A DNA stretch of 64,000 nt, taken from positions 95,016 to 159,015 of the forward strand of contig CAVTMP010000010.1 of assembly GCA_963735885.1 (NCBI GenBank). The letters are read 5' to 3'. Source of the stretch: an uncultured Solirubrobacterales bacterium. Its GTDB lineage: Bacteria; Actinomycetota; Thermoleophilia; Solirubrobacterales; Solirubrobacteraceae. The notes beneath the pieces are model-generated. The model saw only the letters and a list, made by a program, of their open reading frames with translations. It was not told the origin of the DNA and ran no database searches. Shown here piece after piece: positions 10,021-19,805 of this stretch (the first letter of the stretch is position 1; each line of letters begins with the position of its first letter). The position numbers were made by a program, and so were the translations under genes.

Positions 10021-11739
10021 CTAGGACGTGCCCGCCACGCGCGCGACCTCGGCGACCGAGGTGACGCCGTCGCGGACCTTCGCCAGGCCGTCGTCGCGCA
10101 GCCGGTCCATGCCCTCGGCGACCGCGACCTCGGCGACCGCGTCGGCGGGGCGGCGCTGCAGCGCGAGGGAGCGGATCTCCTCGGTGACCTGCATGACCTC
10201 GTAGAGGCCGACCCGGCCCTTGTAGCCCGTCCCCGAGCAGCGGGGGCAGCCCTTCGGCTCCCAGGTGCGCACGTCGCCGTCGACCTCGAAGCCGTTCGCG
10301 AGCATCGTCTCCGCGTCGACGACCTGCTCGACCTTGCAGGCGTCGCACAGCCGCCGCGCCAGGCGCTGGGCGACGACGCAGTCGATCGCCGAGGCGACGA
10401 GGAACGGCTCGACGCCCATCTCGATGAGCCGGGTGATCGCGGTCGGCGCGTCGTTGGTGTGGAGGGTCGTCAGCACGAGGTGTCCCGTGAGCGCCGCCTC
10501 GATCGAGATCCGGGCCGTCTCGTCGTCGCGCACCTCGCCGACCATCACGACGTCCGGGTCGGCGCGCAGCGCCGCCCGCAGCCCGGTCGCGAAGGTCACG
10601 CCGGCCTTCTTGTTGACCTGCATCTGCTTGAGCCCGGCGATCCGGTACTCGACCGGGTCCTCGATCGTGAGGATGCTGCGATCGCCGGTGTTGAGCAGGT
10701 TGAGCGCGGCGTAGAGCGTCGTGGACTTGCCCGAGCCGGTCGGCCCGGTGACGAGGACCGCCCCGTAGGGCTGGCCGGCCGCGGTCACGAACCGGCCGCG
10801 CTCGACCTCGCGCATGCCGAGCTGGTCGAGGCCGATGCGCGCGGAGGCCCGGTCGAGCAGCCGCATGACCACCGACTCGCCGCCGACCAGCGGCAACGTG
10901 ACGACGCGGATGTCGACCGAACGGCCGTCCACGTTCATCCCGAACCGCCCGTCCTGCGGCAGCCGTCGCTCGGCGATGTCGAGGTCGGCCATGATCTTGA
11001 TCCGGGAGACCACGCCGGAGACCATCCGCTTCGGGACGGTCAGCGAGGCGGACAGGACGCCGTCGACGCGCAGCTGGCCCACGAGCTCGCCGCCCTCGGC
11101 CGCCAGGTGGATGTCGGAGGCGCCCTGCTCGATGGCCTGGGCGATGATCGAGTGGACGAGCTTGATGACCGGGGCCTCGTCGGCGGCGTCGAGGACCTCG
11201 ACGTGGGCCTCCTCCTCCTCGTCGTGCTCCTGAACCGCCTCCTGCACGGCCTCGTCGAAGCGGTTGAGCTTGGAGACGAGGACCTCGATGTCCTCCGGCG
11301 CGGCGATCGCCGGGGTCACCTCCATCCCGCTCATCATCGCGATGTCGTCCATCGCGAGGACGTTCGCCGGGTCCGCCATCGCCACGAGCAGCGTGCGATC
11401 GTCGAGCCGGCCGATCGGCACGGCGCCGTACCGGCGCGCGGCCTGGGGCCCGAGCATGTTCGCGGCGGCCATGTCGATCGGGTACATCGACAGGTCGACG
11501 TGGTCGAGGCCGAAGCGCTCCGCGACGACGCGAGCGAGCCGATCGCTGCTCAGGACGCCCTCGTCGAGCAGGACCCGGCCGGTGGAGCGCCCCGAGCGCT
11601 GGGAGACCTGGACGGCGTGCTCGACCTGCTCGGCGGTCGCGTACTCGAGCGCGACGACGACCTCGCCGATCCGGCGGGGCGAGCGGCCGCGCTGGCTCGG
11701 CGGCGTGAGCCCGGGGGGCGCCGTGGCGACGGGGGTCAT
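10021..11739 (-). CDS. GspE/PilB-family secretion ATPase (type II secretion / type IV pilus assembly)
   Basis: ATG at 11739. N-terminal T2SSE_N/MshEN-like domain, Walker [10 protein letters not shown], a Walker B/Asp box, His box [12 protein letters not shown], and the tetracysteine CDACK...[12 protein letters not shown]. Confidence 0.9.
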   Translation of the reverse strand: MTPVATAPPGLTPPSQRGRSPRRIGEVVVALEYATAEQVEHAVQVSQRSGRSTGRVLLDEGVLSSDRLARVVAERFGLDHVDLSMYPIDMAAANMLGPQAARRYGAVPIGRLDDRTLLVAMADPANVLAMDDIAMMSGMEVTPAIAAPEDIEVLVSKLNRFDEAVQEAVQEHDEEEEAHVEVLDAADEAPVIKLVHSIIAQAIEQGASDIHLAAEGGELVGQLRVDGVLSASLTVPKRMVSGVVSRIKIMADLDIAERRLPQDGRFGMNVDGRSVDIRVVTLPLVGGESVVMRLLDRASARIGLDQLGMREVERGRFVTAAGQPYGAVLVTGPTGSGKSTTLYAALNLLNTGDRSILTIEDPVEYRIAGLKQMQVNKKAGVTFATGLRAALRADPDVVMVGEVRDDETARISIEAALTGHLVLTTLHTNDAPTAITRLIEMGVEPFLVASAIDCVVAQRLARRLCDACKVEQVVDAETMLANGFEVDGDVRTWEPKGCPRCSGTGYKGRVGLYEVMQVTEEIRSLALQRRPADAVAEVAVAEGMDRLRDDGLAKVRDGVTSVAEVARVAGTS

Positions 11740-11818
11740 GGGGTGAGCTATCGGCAGCGCGCGGGGGCGCCTGAAGCCGGGTGGCGCCGCGACCGCCCGC
11801 TGCGGTACAAGCCGCACC

Positions 11819-12235
11819 ATGGACGACCCGATGCCGGTGACGCGCGGCGTGGCGATCCCGCTCGCCGAGATCGTCGTGCGGGCCACGCGCTCCTCCGGAC
11901 CGGGGGGGCAGCACGCGAACGTCACCGCCTCCCGGATCGAGGCGAGCTTCGACGTGGCCGCCTCCGCCACGCTGGACGCGGAGGAGAAGCGCCGCGTCAT
12001 GGCGCGCTGCGGCCCGCGCGTGGTCGCCGTCGCGCAGGACGCGCGCTCGCAGGCGCGCAACCGCGAGCTGGCGCTCGAGCGGCTGCGCGCGCGGCTGGCC
12101 GGCGCGCTCCACGTCGCGCGACCGCGCAAGACCACGCGGCCGACCCGCGCCTCCCGGACGCGACGGCTGGAGGGCAAGCGGCGCCGCGGCGAGACCAAGC
12201 GGGGGCGGCGGAGGCCGGACGCCGACGGGACGTAG
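11819..12235 (+). CDS. arfB: Alternative ribosome-rescue factor ArfB (peptidyl-tRNA hydrolase, GGQ class)
   Basis: 138 aa with [15 protein letters not shown] and a basic C-terminal tail. Confidence 0.9.
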   Translation: MDDPMPVTRGVAIPLAEIVVRATRSSGPGGQHANVTASRIEASFDVAASATLDAEEKRRVMARCGPRVVAVAQDARSQARNRELALERLRARLAGALHVARPRKTTRPTRASRTRRLEGKRRRGETKRGRRRPDADGT

Positions 12236-12274
12236 GATTCCGCCGGGTCCCCGAGCCGAGGAGAACGCGCGAAC

Positions 12275-13381
12275 ATGAGGATGCGTGCCGCCGTGCTGGA
12301 GGAGTTCGGAGCGCCGCTCGCGGTGGGACAGGTCGAGCTCGCCGACCCGGGGCCGGGCGAGGTCCTCGTCCGGCTCGAGGCCTGCGGGGTGTGCCACACC
12401 GACCTCTACACGGCCTCGGGCGCGGACCCCTCGGGGTACGCGCCGACGGTGCTCGGGCACGAGGGCGCCGGCGTCGTCGAGGCCCTCGGCGAGGGCGTCT
12501 CGCTGCTCGAGGTGGGCGACCACGTCGTGACCCTGTTCTCGCCCCAGTGCGGCGAGTGCGTCCACTGCCGCAGCGAGCGGACGAACCTCTGCCTCGCCAT
12601 CCGCGAGCAGCAGAACGCCGGCTACCTGCCCGACGGGACCACGCGGCTCTCGCGCGACGGCGAGCCGATCCGCCACTTCATGGGCACCTCGACCTTCGCG
12701 GAGTACACGGTCATGCCCGAGATCGCGCTGGCCAAGGTGCCCGTCGAGGCCCCGCTCGACCGCGCCTGCCTGTTCGCCTGCGGGCTCTCGACCGGCCTCG
12801 GGGCGGCGATGTTCACCGCCGGGGTGCAGCCGGGGACGACGTGCGTGGTGTTCGGCGCCGGGATGGTCGGGCTCGGGGCCGTCGCGGGGTGCCGGCTGCA
12901 GGGCGCCGAGCGGATCGTGTGCGTCGACCTCTCCCCCGAGCGGCTCGAGCTCGCGCGCGGCCAGGGTGCGACGGACCTCATGGTCGCCGACGCGGGGACG
13001 GTCGAGCGGCTGCTGGAGATGACCGGGGGCTTCGGGGCCGACTACACGTTCGAGGCGACGGGCAACGTGAAGGTCATGCGACAGGCCGTCGAGGCGGCGC
13101 GCATGGGCTGGGGGCTGTGCACGATCGCGGGCGTGGCCGGGAAGGGCGAGACGCTCGACGTCGTCCCGCGCTGGCTCATCACCGGCCGGCGGATCGCGGG
13201 CTCGTCCTTCGGCGGCTGCAAGGGCCGCCGCGACGTGCCGGCGCTCGTCCAGCGCTGGCTCGACGGGGACATCGACGTCGAGCCGTTCGTCTCGCACCGG
13301 ATCTCGCTCGACGAGGTGAACCGGGGGTTCGAGCTGATGGAGGCGCAGGATGGGATCCGCAGCGTGATCTCGTTCGGGTGA
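12275..13381 (+). CDS. Zn-dependent class III alcohol dehydrogenase, S-(hydroxymethyl)mycothiol dehydrogenase-like
   Basis: Motifs [15 protein letters not shown], the structural-Zn cysteines CGECVHC, and the GAGMVGLG Rossmann signature. Confidence 0.9.
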   Translation: MRMRAAVLEEFGAPLAVGQVELADPGPGEVLVRLEACGVCHTDLYTASGADPSGYAPTVLGHEGAGVVEALGEGVSLLEVGDHVVTLFSPQCGECVHCRSERTNLCLAIREQQNAGYLPDGTTRLSRDGEPIRHFMGTSTFAEYTVMPEIALAKVPVEAPLDRACLFACGLSTGLGAAMFTAGVQPGTTCVVFGAGMVGLGAVAGCRLQGAERIVCVDLSPERLELARGQGATDLMVADAGTVERLLEMTGGFGADYTFEATGNVKVMRQAVEAARMGWGLCTIAGVAGKGETLDVVPRWLITGRRIAGSSFGGCKGRRDVPALVQRWLDGDIDVEPFVSHRISLDEVNRGFELMEAQDGIRSVISFG

Positions 13382-13412
13382 GCGGGCTGGGTCTTCGCGG
13401 CTCCGTGTCCTG

Positions 13413-13545
13413 GAGCCGCGGGCCGGCGGGCGGCGGTGCGGGGGGCCGTGCTCCTGACCACTGAATCGGGGTTGGCGGGTCGGGCGGGGTTGTCTGACTG
13501 AAATGGTCCGTCGCACGGCCCCCCGCTCCCGCCGCCCGCCGGCTC
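13413..13545. repeat. Long imperfect inverted repeat (about 30-bp arms, about 60-nt loop)
   Basis: Left arm gagccgcgggccggcgggcggcggtgcggggggccgtgc (13413-13451). Right arm gcacggccccccgctcccgccgcccgccggctc (13513-13545). They are near-perfect reverse complements. Confidence 0.7.
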
Positions 13546-13875
13546 GGTGGGGTGGTGGCTGACCCGCGCTTCCCTGCCCGGTGCCTCAGTCGTGGCCGGG
13601 TGGCGTGCGGGCTCGAGGCGTCGCGGGGCCCCCGGGGAGCGTCGAGGCCCCTGGGTGGTCTCACGAGACGCGGCTGCGATCTTCCCCGCTCCGCGACGCT
13701 AATCGCAGCCGCATGTCCCGGCGTTGCGCAGAACGGCGACGCCGACGCGCGAAAGGCCAACGCGCCTGAGACGAATCTCGCCACTACCGACGGCCCCTCG
13801 ATGCCGCCGTCCGCCCGGGCGACCCCTGACCGGCGGCCCACCCCGACCCCGGCACGGCCTCCCGCTCGAGCCTTC

Positions 13876-14560
13876 TCAGCCGACGAGCAGCGTGGCGGAC
13901 ATCCCGAGGGTGGCGTGCCCCGGGAGGTCGCAATAGAGCGTGTAGGTGCCGGGCGCGAGGGTCGTCTTGGGCGCGGTGGCGATCTTCAGCGAGGGGGTCT
14001 CCCCGATCAGGATCGCGCCCGCGCCGGAGCCCGGGCGGAGCGCGAGGTCGTGCGGGTCCTGGCCGCGGTTGTCGAGCTGGACGATCGCCGGGCCCGCGGC
14101 GATGTGCGGGCGCGACAGCGTGAGGCGGTACTCGCGGGCGCTGACCAGCAGGCGGGCCGGGGGGATGGCGCCGGAGCCCGGGGACGCGGCGGGTGGCGCG
14201 GCCGGCGCCGGGGCGGACGGGGCGGTCGGCGCGGTCGGGACCCTGGGCGCGGGCGCGACGCGCTTGGGCGCCGCGGCCTTCCGGCGGCGGGCCGTCCGGC
14301 AGCGGGCCGAGCGAGCTGCGCCGCCGTCGGTGAGCGCGGCGGGCGGCACGCCGGGCTCGCGCGCAGGCCGCACGCCGGGATCGGGCACGGCGTCGCGAGA
14401 CCCGGCGATGGGTGGCGCGGGACGCCGTGGCGGCCCGTTCGCGGTCGGCGCTCGGCCCGGAGGCGGAACCGGAGGCGGCGGCCGTCCCGGCCCCGACGGC
14501 CAGCGACGCGGCCCCGAGCACGGCGGCGAGCAGGATTCCGGCGCGGCGGCGGCGCGGCAC
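13876..14560 (-). pseudogene. Cupredoxin (type-1 copper, plastocyanin/azurin-like) protein, probable frame change between signal peptide and mature part
   Basis: The C-terminal domain (13876..14388 frame) ends in the Cu-ligand motif YCDLPGHATLGM. A Tat/Sec-like signal MPRRRRAGILLAAVLGAASLAVGAG starts at GTG 14560 in the adjacent frame. The junction lies somewhere in 14390-14470. Confidence 0.55.
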
Positions 14561-14748
14561 CCGGCGGGAGTCGGCGCCCGCGCGCAGGCGCGCGAGGGCG
14601 GCCGCGGCGCGGTGGACGGATGACCGACGTCCGCGGCCGGACGCGCCGGACCAACAGCCGTGGCGCCCCGCGAGCGCCGGCGACGCGGCGGCGGCTCGCG
14701 CGCGCGGCCGGGCGCGGCGCCGCCCTGCGCGCGGGTCGAGCCCGGTGC

Positions 14749-15039
14749 CTACTCGCGTGCGTGGCTGAGGCGCGCGAGCTCCTCGTGGAGCTCGCTGACG
14801 CGGCGCTTCACCGCGTCGCCGTCGGGACGGTCGTGCACGAGGTCCCACATGCGGTCGGCCACCTCGCGCGCGCTCTCCGGCGTGGCGTTGGCGGCCATCC
14901 GCTCCACGAGCGCGATCTCGAAGGCCTCCACCTGCGCGGCCGGCTCGGCGGGCGCCATGCGCGGCAGCGGCTCGCGCACGGCTTCGCGCCAGATCGACGT
15001 CGCCACGGCGAGCCGGTTGCGGAGGGTCACGGCGTCCAC
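14749..15039 (-). CDS. Small helical hypothetical protein
   Basis: GTG at 15039 (VDAVTLRNRLAVATSIWREAV...ELHEELARLSHARE). Only the part not overlapping the catalase-like gene looks coding. The start is uncertain. Confidence 0.45.
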   Translation of the reverse strand: MDAVTLRNRLAVATSIWREAVREPLPRMAPAEPAAQVEAFEIALVERMAANATPESAREVADRMWDLVHDRPDGDAVKRRVSELHEELARLSHARE

Positions 15040-15073
15040 GGCGCGGAACCTAGCCGGTCGCGCTGCGCCACGC

Positions 15074-16012
15074 TCAGCTGGCGACGCGCCGGGCGACGGA
15101 GACGCGATAGGCGCCGGAACGCGCGTGCAGGATCGGGTCGTCGGAGAGCCCGATGCCGTCGGGGACCCGCGTCGGATCGAAGACGAGGACGTCGCCGTCG
15201 CGCTCGCGGTCATGGGCCAGGCCGGTCACCTCGAGGCGTCCCATCTCGATCCGCTCGCGTCCCGGTGGCCAGGCCGCCGTCGGGTCGTCGAGGGGGTCGC
15301 CCGCCTCCGCCAGCTCGGCCTCGAGGACGAACGCCGCCGGGCCGTCCGCCAGCCGCGCGGCGATCTCCCGCGCGAGGTAGTCGAACGGCAGGGCGGCGGC
15401 GGCCTCGTCCGCCAGCGTCCCCTCGCCGGCCTCCGGGCGCCAGTGCCAGCGGACCCAGCGGGCGCGCCCGTCCGGTGCCTCGAGCCGGAAGGCGTGGATC
15501 GCGTGAAAGGCGATCCGGGCGTAGCTCTCAGGGGGGAGGGTGGTGACGGTGGCCTGCAGGGCCGGCAGGGTCTCCGGGTGCTCCTGGACGAACGCGCCGA
15601 TCTTCGCGAGGTCCGGCTTGCCGGTCGCCGGGTCCGGGATCCGCGCCGCGCCGAAGGCGACGAAGTCCTCGACCGTGCGGACGAAGAACACGGGCAGGGT
15701 GAGGCAGACCTGGTCGGTCGTCGCGCCGTCCGGGAGGTAGAGCTTGACGGCGAGGCCGTGGCCGCCGCGCGCGGCGTCGGGGTGGGTTGGGTCGGCGCTG
15801 CCGTTCGAGAAGCGCACGTGCGCCCGCACGGGCCCGCCGGCGAGGTGCGGCGCGCGGCACAGCGAGCCGGCGGTGGGCGACGGTGTGAACCGCGCCGCGC
15901 ACAGCACGCCCCGGGCGTGGGCCGCCCGCTGCCCCGCGTGGTGGCCCGAGATCGCGACCAGCGTGTCCACGAGGCGCTCGGAGATGTCGTCGGCCGCGGC
16001 CATCGGCCGCAC
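15074..16012 (-). CDS. Catalase-related peroxidase (small catalase-like heme domain protein)
   Basis: About 310 aa with catalase-core-like blocks (HARGVLCAARFTP, VRFSNGSADP, GLAVKLYLPDG, PVFFVRT). The start is GTG 16012 or ATG 16003. Confidence 0.75.
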   Translation of the reverse strand: MRPMAAADDISERLVDTLVAISGHHAGQRAAHARGVLCAARFTPSPTAGSLCRAPHLAGGPVRAHVRFSNGSADPTHPDAARGGHGLAVKLYLPDGATTDQVCLTLPVFFVRTVEDFVAFGAARIPDPATGKPDLAKIGAFVQEHPETLPALQATVTTLPPESYARIAFHAIHAFRLEAPDGRARWVRWHWRPEAGEGTLADEAAAALPFDYLAREIAARLADGPAAFVLEAELAEAGDPLDDPTAAWPPGRERIEMGRLEVTGLAHDRERDGDVLVFDPTRVPDGIGLSDDPILHARSGAYRVSVARRVAS

Positions 16013-16090
16013 CCTACGCGCCGTCCCGCGCGCCGTCCACGCCGCGCGTCCGATGGCCGCGACGTGATCGGTCGCGCGTGGTCGGTCGCC

Positions 16091-16879
16091 TCAGCGCGAG
16101 GCCACGAGCAGCGCCTGCACCGCGCGGCCGATCCGGCCGCGCTCGTCGGAGAGCACGCTCTCGGCGGAGCCGGTGCCGTCGTCGGCGATCCGGGTGACCG
16201 CCTCGAGGCAGATCCACTCGCCCTCGGGGTCGCGGTCGAGGTGGACCGTGAGGTCCGGGTTGACGAAGCTGTGCGTCGCCCAGTCGAGGGCCGCGCTCAC
16301 GCCGTTGCCGAAGTCGGCGACAGCCGCCGCGCGCTCGACCGGGGTCACGGCGCGCCCCGCCACCAGCGGCACGGCGAGGCGCATCCAGGCGGTCGCGGGG
16401 CCCGGCTCGCTCCAGTGGCCGCGGACCCAGCGGGTCTCGACCGCGTCGCCGCCGAACATCGGGCCCTCCCCCGGCGGTGCGCCGCCGGCCCGCGCCGCGG
16501 CGGGCGGCGGCGCAGGGGCCGGCTGGTCCGGCGGGGCGATCGGCTCCGTCGCGCCGGGCAGGGACCGGAGCCTCAGCCCGAGCGCCCGGCAGACCTCGAC
16601 CTCCCCCGCCGTCAGCGACGCGGACACGAGCTGGACCCGCCGCCCCGGCCGAACGGTCTCCACCGCCAGCGTCAGCGGCGCGAGCGGCACGGGCCGCAGG
16701 AACTCGACCGTGAGGCGCGCCACCCGCAGCCCCTCGCCGCCGTCGTGAGCGGCGATGGCGCCGGCGAGGAGCGCGGCGGGCGCCCCGCCGTGCTGCGCGC
16801 CCGGGTCCCATGGTCCGCGCGAGAGCTCGGTGGGACCGAACCGGCCGTCCGGCCGCGGGATGAAGACGGCCTCGGGCAC
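16091..16879 (-). CDS. Acyl-CoA thioesterase family protein (double hot-dog, TesB-like)
   Basis: GTG at 16879 (VPEAVFIPRPDGRFGPTELSRGPWDPGAQHGGAPAALL...), typical of the PF13622/PF20789 family. Confidence 0.7.
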   Translation of the reverse strand: MPEAVFIPRPDGRFGPTELSRGPWDPGAQHGGAPAALLAGAIAAHDGGEGLRVARLTVEFLRPVPLAPLTLAVETVRPGRRVQLVSASLTAGEVEVCRALGLRLRSLPGATEPIAPPDQPAPAPPPAAARAGGAPPGEGPMFGGDAVETRWVRGHWSEPGPATAWMRLAVPLVAGRAVTPVERAAAVADFGNGVSAALDWATHSFVNPDLTVHLDRDPEGEWICLEAVTRIADDGTGSAESVLSDERGRIGRAVQALLVASR

Positions 16880-16977
16880 GGCGCGCGATGGTAGTGGGGA
16901 TCTCCGCCCGAACCGAGGCCCGGTCCGGCCCCGCGCGCTCACGGGTCCCGGCGCGGGCGGTGCCCCGCCGTGGGACC

Positions 16978-18185
16978 ATGACGCGCCGCATGCGCCGCGC
17001 CCGCCCCGTCTCGCCCGTCTCGCCCGTCTCGCCCTGGCGACGATCGCATTCGCCGGCGTCGCCGCACCCGCCGGCGTCGCCGCGCGCGCCGGCGCGGCCG
17101 CACCCGCCGCCGCGGCCGGCGCGGCCGTCCCGCCGCCCTCCGCGCCGGTCTGCTCCGGCACGGTCGTGCCGGCCCCCGGGCCGCCGGGGACGGCTCCGCG
17201 GCTGCGCATGGGCATCGGCCCGAACGGCCCGGCGGGCGCCGCCGGCGCCGCGGTGGCGCCCGTCCCCGACTCGCCGGCCCGCACGCTCCGCGCGCTCGCC
17301 GCGCTGCGCCCGCACGGCGCGCCGCTCGTGCTGCGGCTCAACCGCTTCTTCTGGTCCGACGGTGAGCGCGGCCTGCGTCGCTTCGTCGCGCTCAGCCGCC
17401 GCTACACCGGGCGCGGCTACCAGGTCGAGATCCAGGTCCGCTACCACCCGAGCGCGCGCCGGGAGGGCGATCTCCCCGCGTGGCGGCGGTGGGTCCGGCG
17501 GGTCGTGCGCGCCTTCGGCCGCGACCGCGGGGTCGTCGGGCTGCAGATCGCCAACGAGGTGAACCTCACCTTCTCCCCCGACTCCTCCGACGGCGCCTAC
17601 CGCGGCGCCCGCGACGCGCTCGTCCAGGGCGTCGTCGCCGCGAAGGACGAGGCGCGGCGCCGCTCCTACCGGCAGCTCACGGTCGGCTTCAACTGGTTCT
17701 TCCAGCTGACGCCCGCCGTCGAGACGGGCTTCTGGGACGCGATCCGCCGGGGCGGCCGGCGCTTCCGGGCCGCGCTCGACTGGGTCGGCCTCGACACGTA
17801 CCCCGGCACGTTCTTCCCGCTCGGGCTCGCGCCGGCGCGCACCGGGGACGGCGTGCTCGCGGGGCTGAACACCCTGCGCGGCTGCTGGCTGCGCCGCGCC
17901 GGCATCCGGCGCTCGGTCCCGATCCACGTCGAGGAGAACGGCTGGCCGACCGGGGCGGCGCGCGCCGAGGCCGACCAGGCGGTGGCGATGCGCTCGATGG
18001 TGGAGGCGGCGAGCCGGGCGCGGCGCGCCTTCGGCGTGACCGACTACCGCTGGTTCAGCCTGCGCGATCACCGCACGGCCTCCCCCAACCTCCAGCACCA
18101 CTACGGCCTGCTGCGCGACGACTACACGCCGAAGCCGGCGTTCGCGGTCTACCGGCGGCTGCTCGCCCGGCTCGCCGGCCCCTGA
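16978..18185 (+). CDS. Secreted clan GH-A (TIM-barrel) glycoside hydrolase, family uncertain (GH17/GH5-like); N-terminus in a different frame
   Basis: Candidate acid/base motif IANEVN and nucleophile motif HVEENGWPT. The mature part is in the 16755..18185 frame. The only sensible start, ATG 16978 (MTRRMRRARP), is one frame off. The join lies at about 16995-17010, next to a 3 x 9-bp repeat. Confidence 0.65.
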
Positions 18186-18269
18186 GCGCGACGCGGGAAC
18201 GCCGGCCGCCGACCACGCGATCCCTTCCCACGCTCGATCCGCTTCGCCGAGTGCGTCCCGAGCCGACAA

Positions 18270-18306
18270 CGTCAGATCGGGCCCGCCTGGCGGGCCCGAT
18301 CTGACG
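18270..18306. terminator. 37-bp near-perfect palindrome/hairpin between the glycosidase gene and kdpD
   Basis: cgtcagatcgggcccgcc-t-ggcgggcccgatctgacg, an 18-bp stem. There is no U-tract, so it is an I-shaped terminator or a protein-binding palindrome. Confidence 0.5.
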
Positions 18307-18362
18307 CGCGTGGACCGCTGTGCCCCCTGGCGCCTGGCCCGGCGCCTAAGCTGACTCAGACC

Positions 18363-19805
18363 ATGGCCCGCCGGCTGCAGAACGTGCTGGGTGGCGCCGA
18401 GCGACCGTCGGTCGCCGTCGGCTTCGTAGTGGCGCTCGTCGCCGTCGCCGTGGAGACGGCGCTCGTCTTCCCGCTCAAGGACGTCGCGCCCGTCGTCTCG
18501 CTCGGCGTCGTCTACCTCCTCGGCGTGCTCGTGCTCTCCGCCGGATGGGGCCTGCGGCTCGGGCTGCTGACCGGGCTCGTGAGCGCCGCCGCCTTCAACT
18601 GGTTCCACCTCCCGCCGACCGGCCGCTTCACGATCCGCGAGCCCGAGAACTGGGTCGCGCTCGTGGCCTTCCTCGTCACCGCCATCGTCGCGAGCACGAT
18701 CTCCCAGGTCGCGCGGGCCCGCGCGCGAGAGGCGGAGGAGCGCCGGCGCGAGGCCGACCTTGCGGCCGAGATGGCGCGGCTCCTGCTCCGCGGCAGCGAC
18801 CTGCGCGACGGGCTGGCCACCGCCTCGCGGCGTCTCGCCCAGGCGCTCGGGCTGTCCTCGGCGGCGATCGATCTCGAGCGCCGGGAGAGCGACGACCGCG
18901 GGATCGCCTTCCCCCTGCGGGAGGACCGCCGCCGGCTCGGCACGCTCGTCGTCCCGGCCGATCTGCCCGAGCCGACGCTGCGCCGCCTGCAGGAGCGTGT
19001 GGTCCCCTCGCTCGAGGCGCTGCTCGCCGCCGCCCTCGACCGCGAGGAGCTCGAAGGCGAGGTCGTCGAGACCGAGGCGCTGCGCCGCAGCGACGTCGTC
19101 AAGACCGCGCTGCTGCGCTCGGTCTCGCACGATCTCCGCTCGCCGCTCACCGCGATCGTCACCGCCGGCGAGGCGCTCCGCTCGCCCAACATCACCGACG
19201 CGGACCGCGCCGAGCTGGCCGCCGTCGTGGCCGAGGAGGCGCGCCGACTCGCCCGGCTCATCGACAACCTCCTCGACCTTTCGCGGCTCGAGGCCGGCGC
19301 GGCCGAGCCGCGACGCGCCTGGTGCGCGGTGGACGAGATCCTCCGGGCCGCCGCGGAGGACCTCGGCGCCGGCCCCGACGTCCTCGCCTTCAGCGTCGAC
19401 CGCGACCTCCCCCCCGTGCGGGCGGATGCCGCCCAGCTCGAGCGCAGCTTCGCCAACCTGCTCGAGAACGCGATCCGCCACCGGCAGGGGCATCCGGTCT
19501 CGGTTCGGGCGCGGGCGGTCGGCGGCCGGCTCGTGGTACGGATCGTCGACCGCGGCCCGGGGATCCCGCCCGCGCAGCTCGAGCGCGTCTTCGAGCCGTT
19601 CTACCGCGCCGGCTCCGCCGCCGACGGGCGGCGCGGCTCGGGCCTGGGGCTCGCCATCGCGCGCGGCTTCGTCGAGGCGAACGACGGCCGCGTCGTCGCG
19701 GAGTCGCTTCCCGGTCAGGGAACGACGTTCCTCGTCGAGCTGCCGCTGCCGGTCGCGGACGCCTCGGTGCCGGCGCACCCCGCAGACGGCACGGCGACGC
19801 CGTGA
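18363..19805 (+). CDS. kdpD: KdpD-type sensor histidine kinase core (DUF4118 membrane block + linker + HisKA + HATPase), lacking the KdpD N-terminal/Usp domains
   Basis: The DUF4118-like four-helix block comes directly after the start. H-box SVSHDLRSPLT, N/G boxes NLLENAIRH and GSGLGLAI. Its stop overlaps the kdpE start (GTGA). Confidence 0.85.
   Translation: MARRLQNVLGGAERPSVAVGFVVALVAVAVETALVFPLKDVAPVVSLGVVYLLGVLVLSAGWGLRLGLLTGLVSAAAFNWFHLPPTGRFTIREPENWVALVAFLVTAIVASTISQVARARAREAEERRREADLAAEMARLLLRGSDLRDGLATASRRLAQALGLSSAAIDLERRESDDRGIAFPLREDRRRLGTLVVPADLPEPTLRRLQERVVPSLEALLAAALDREELEGEVVETEALRRSDVVKTALLRSVSHDLRSPLTAIVTAGEALRSPNITDADRAELAAVVAEEARRLARLIDNLLDLSRLEAGAAEPRRAWCAVDEILRAAAEDLGAGPDVLAFSVDRDLPPVRADAAQLERSFANLLENAIRHRQGHPVSVRARAVGGRLVVRIVDRGPGIPPAQLERVFEPFYRAGSAADGRRGSGLGLAIARGFVEANDGRVVAESLPGQGTTFLVELPLPVADASVPAHPADGTATP

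Noticed and set aside
9665-13516. 1283-aa minus-strand ORF and the overlapping 1191-aa plus-strand ORF (9889..13464)
   Set aside because: Only the last 67 codons of the minus ORF (cspA) look like a real protein. The rest overlaps well-supported pilB/gspE, arfB and adh genes in other frames or strands and is compositionally artefactual.
16014-19778. 1254-aa minus-strand ORF spanning the thioesterase, glycosidase and kdpD region
   Set aside because: It is Arg/Gly/Ala/Pro-rich low complexity. It is antisense or off-frame to ORFs with clear family motifs (HisKA/HATPase, GH motifs). Long stop-free frames are expected at this GC content.
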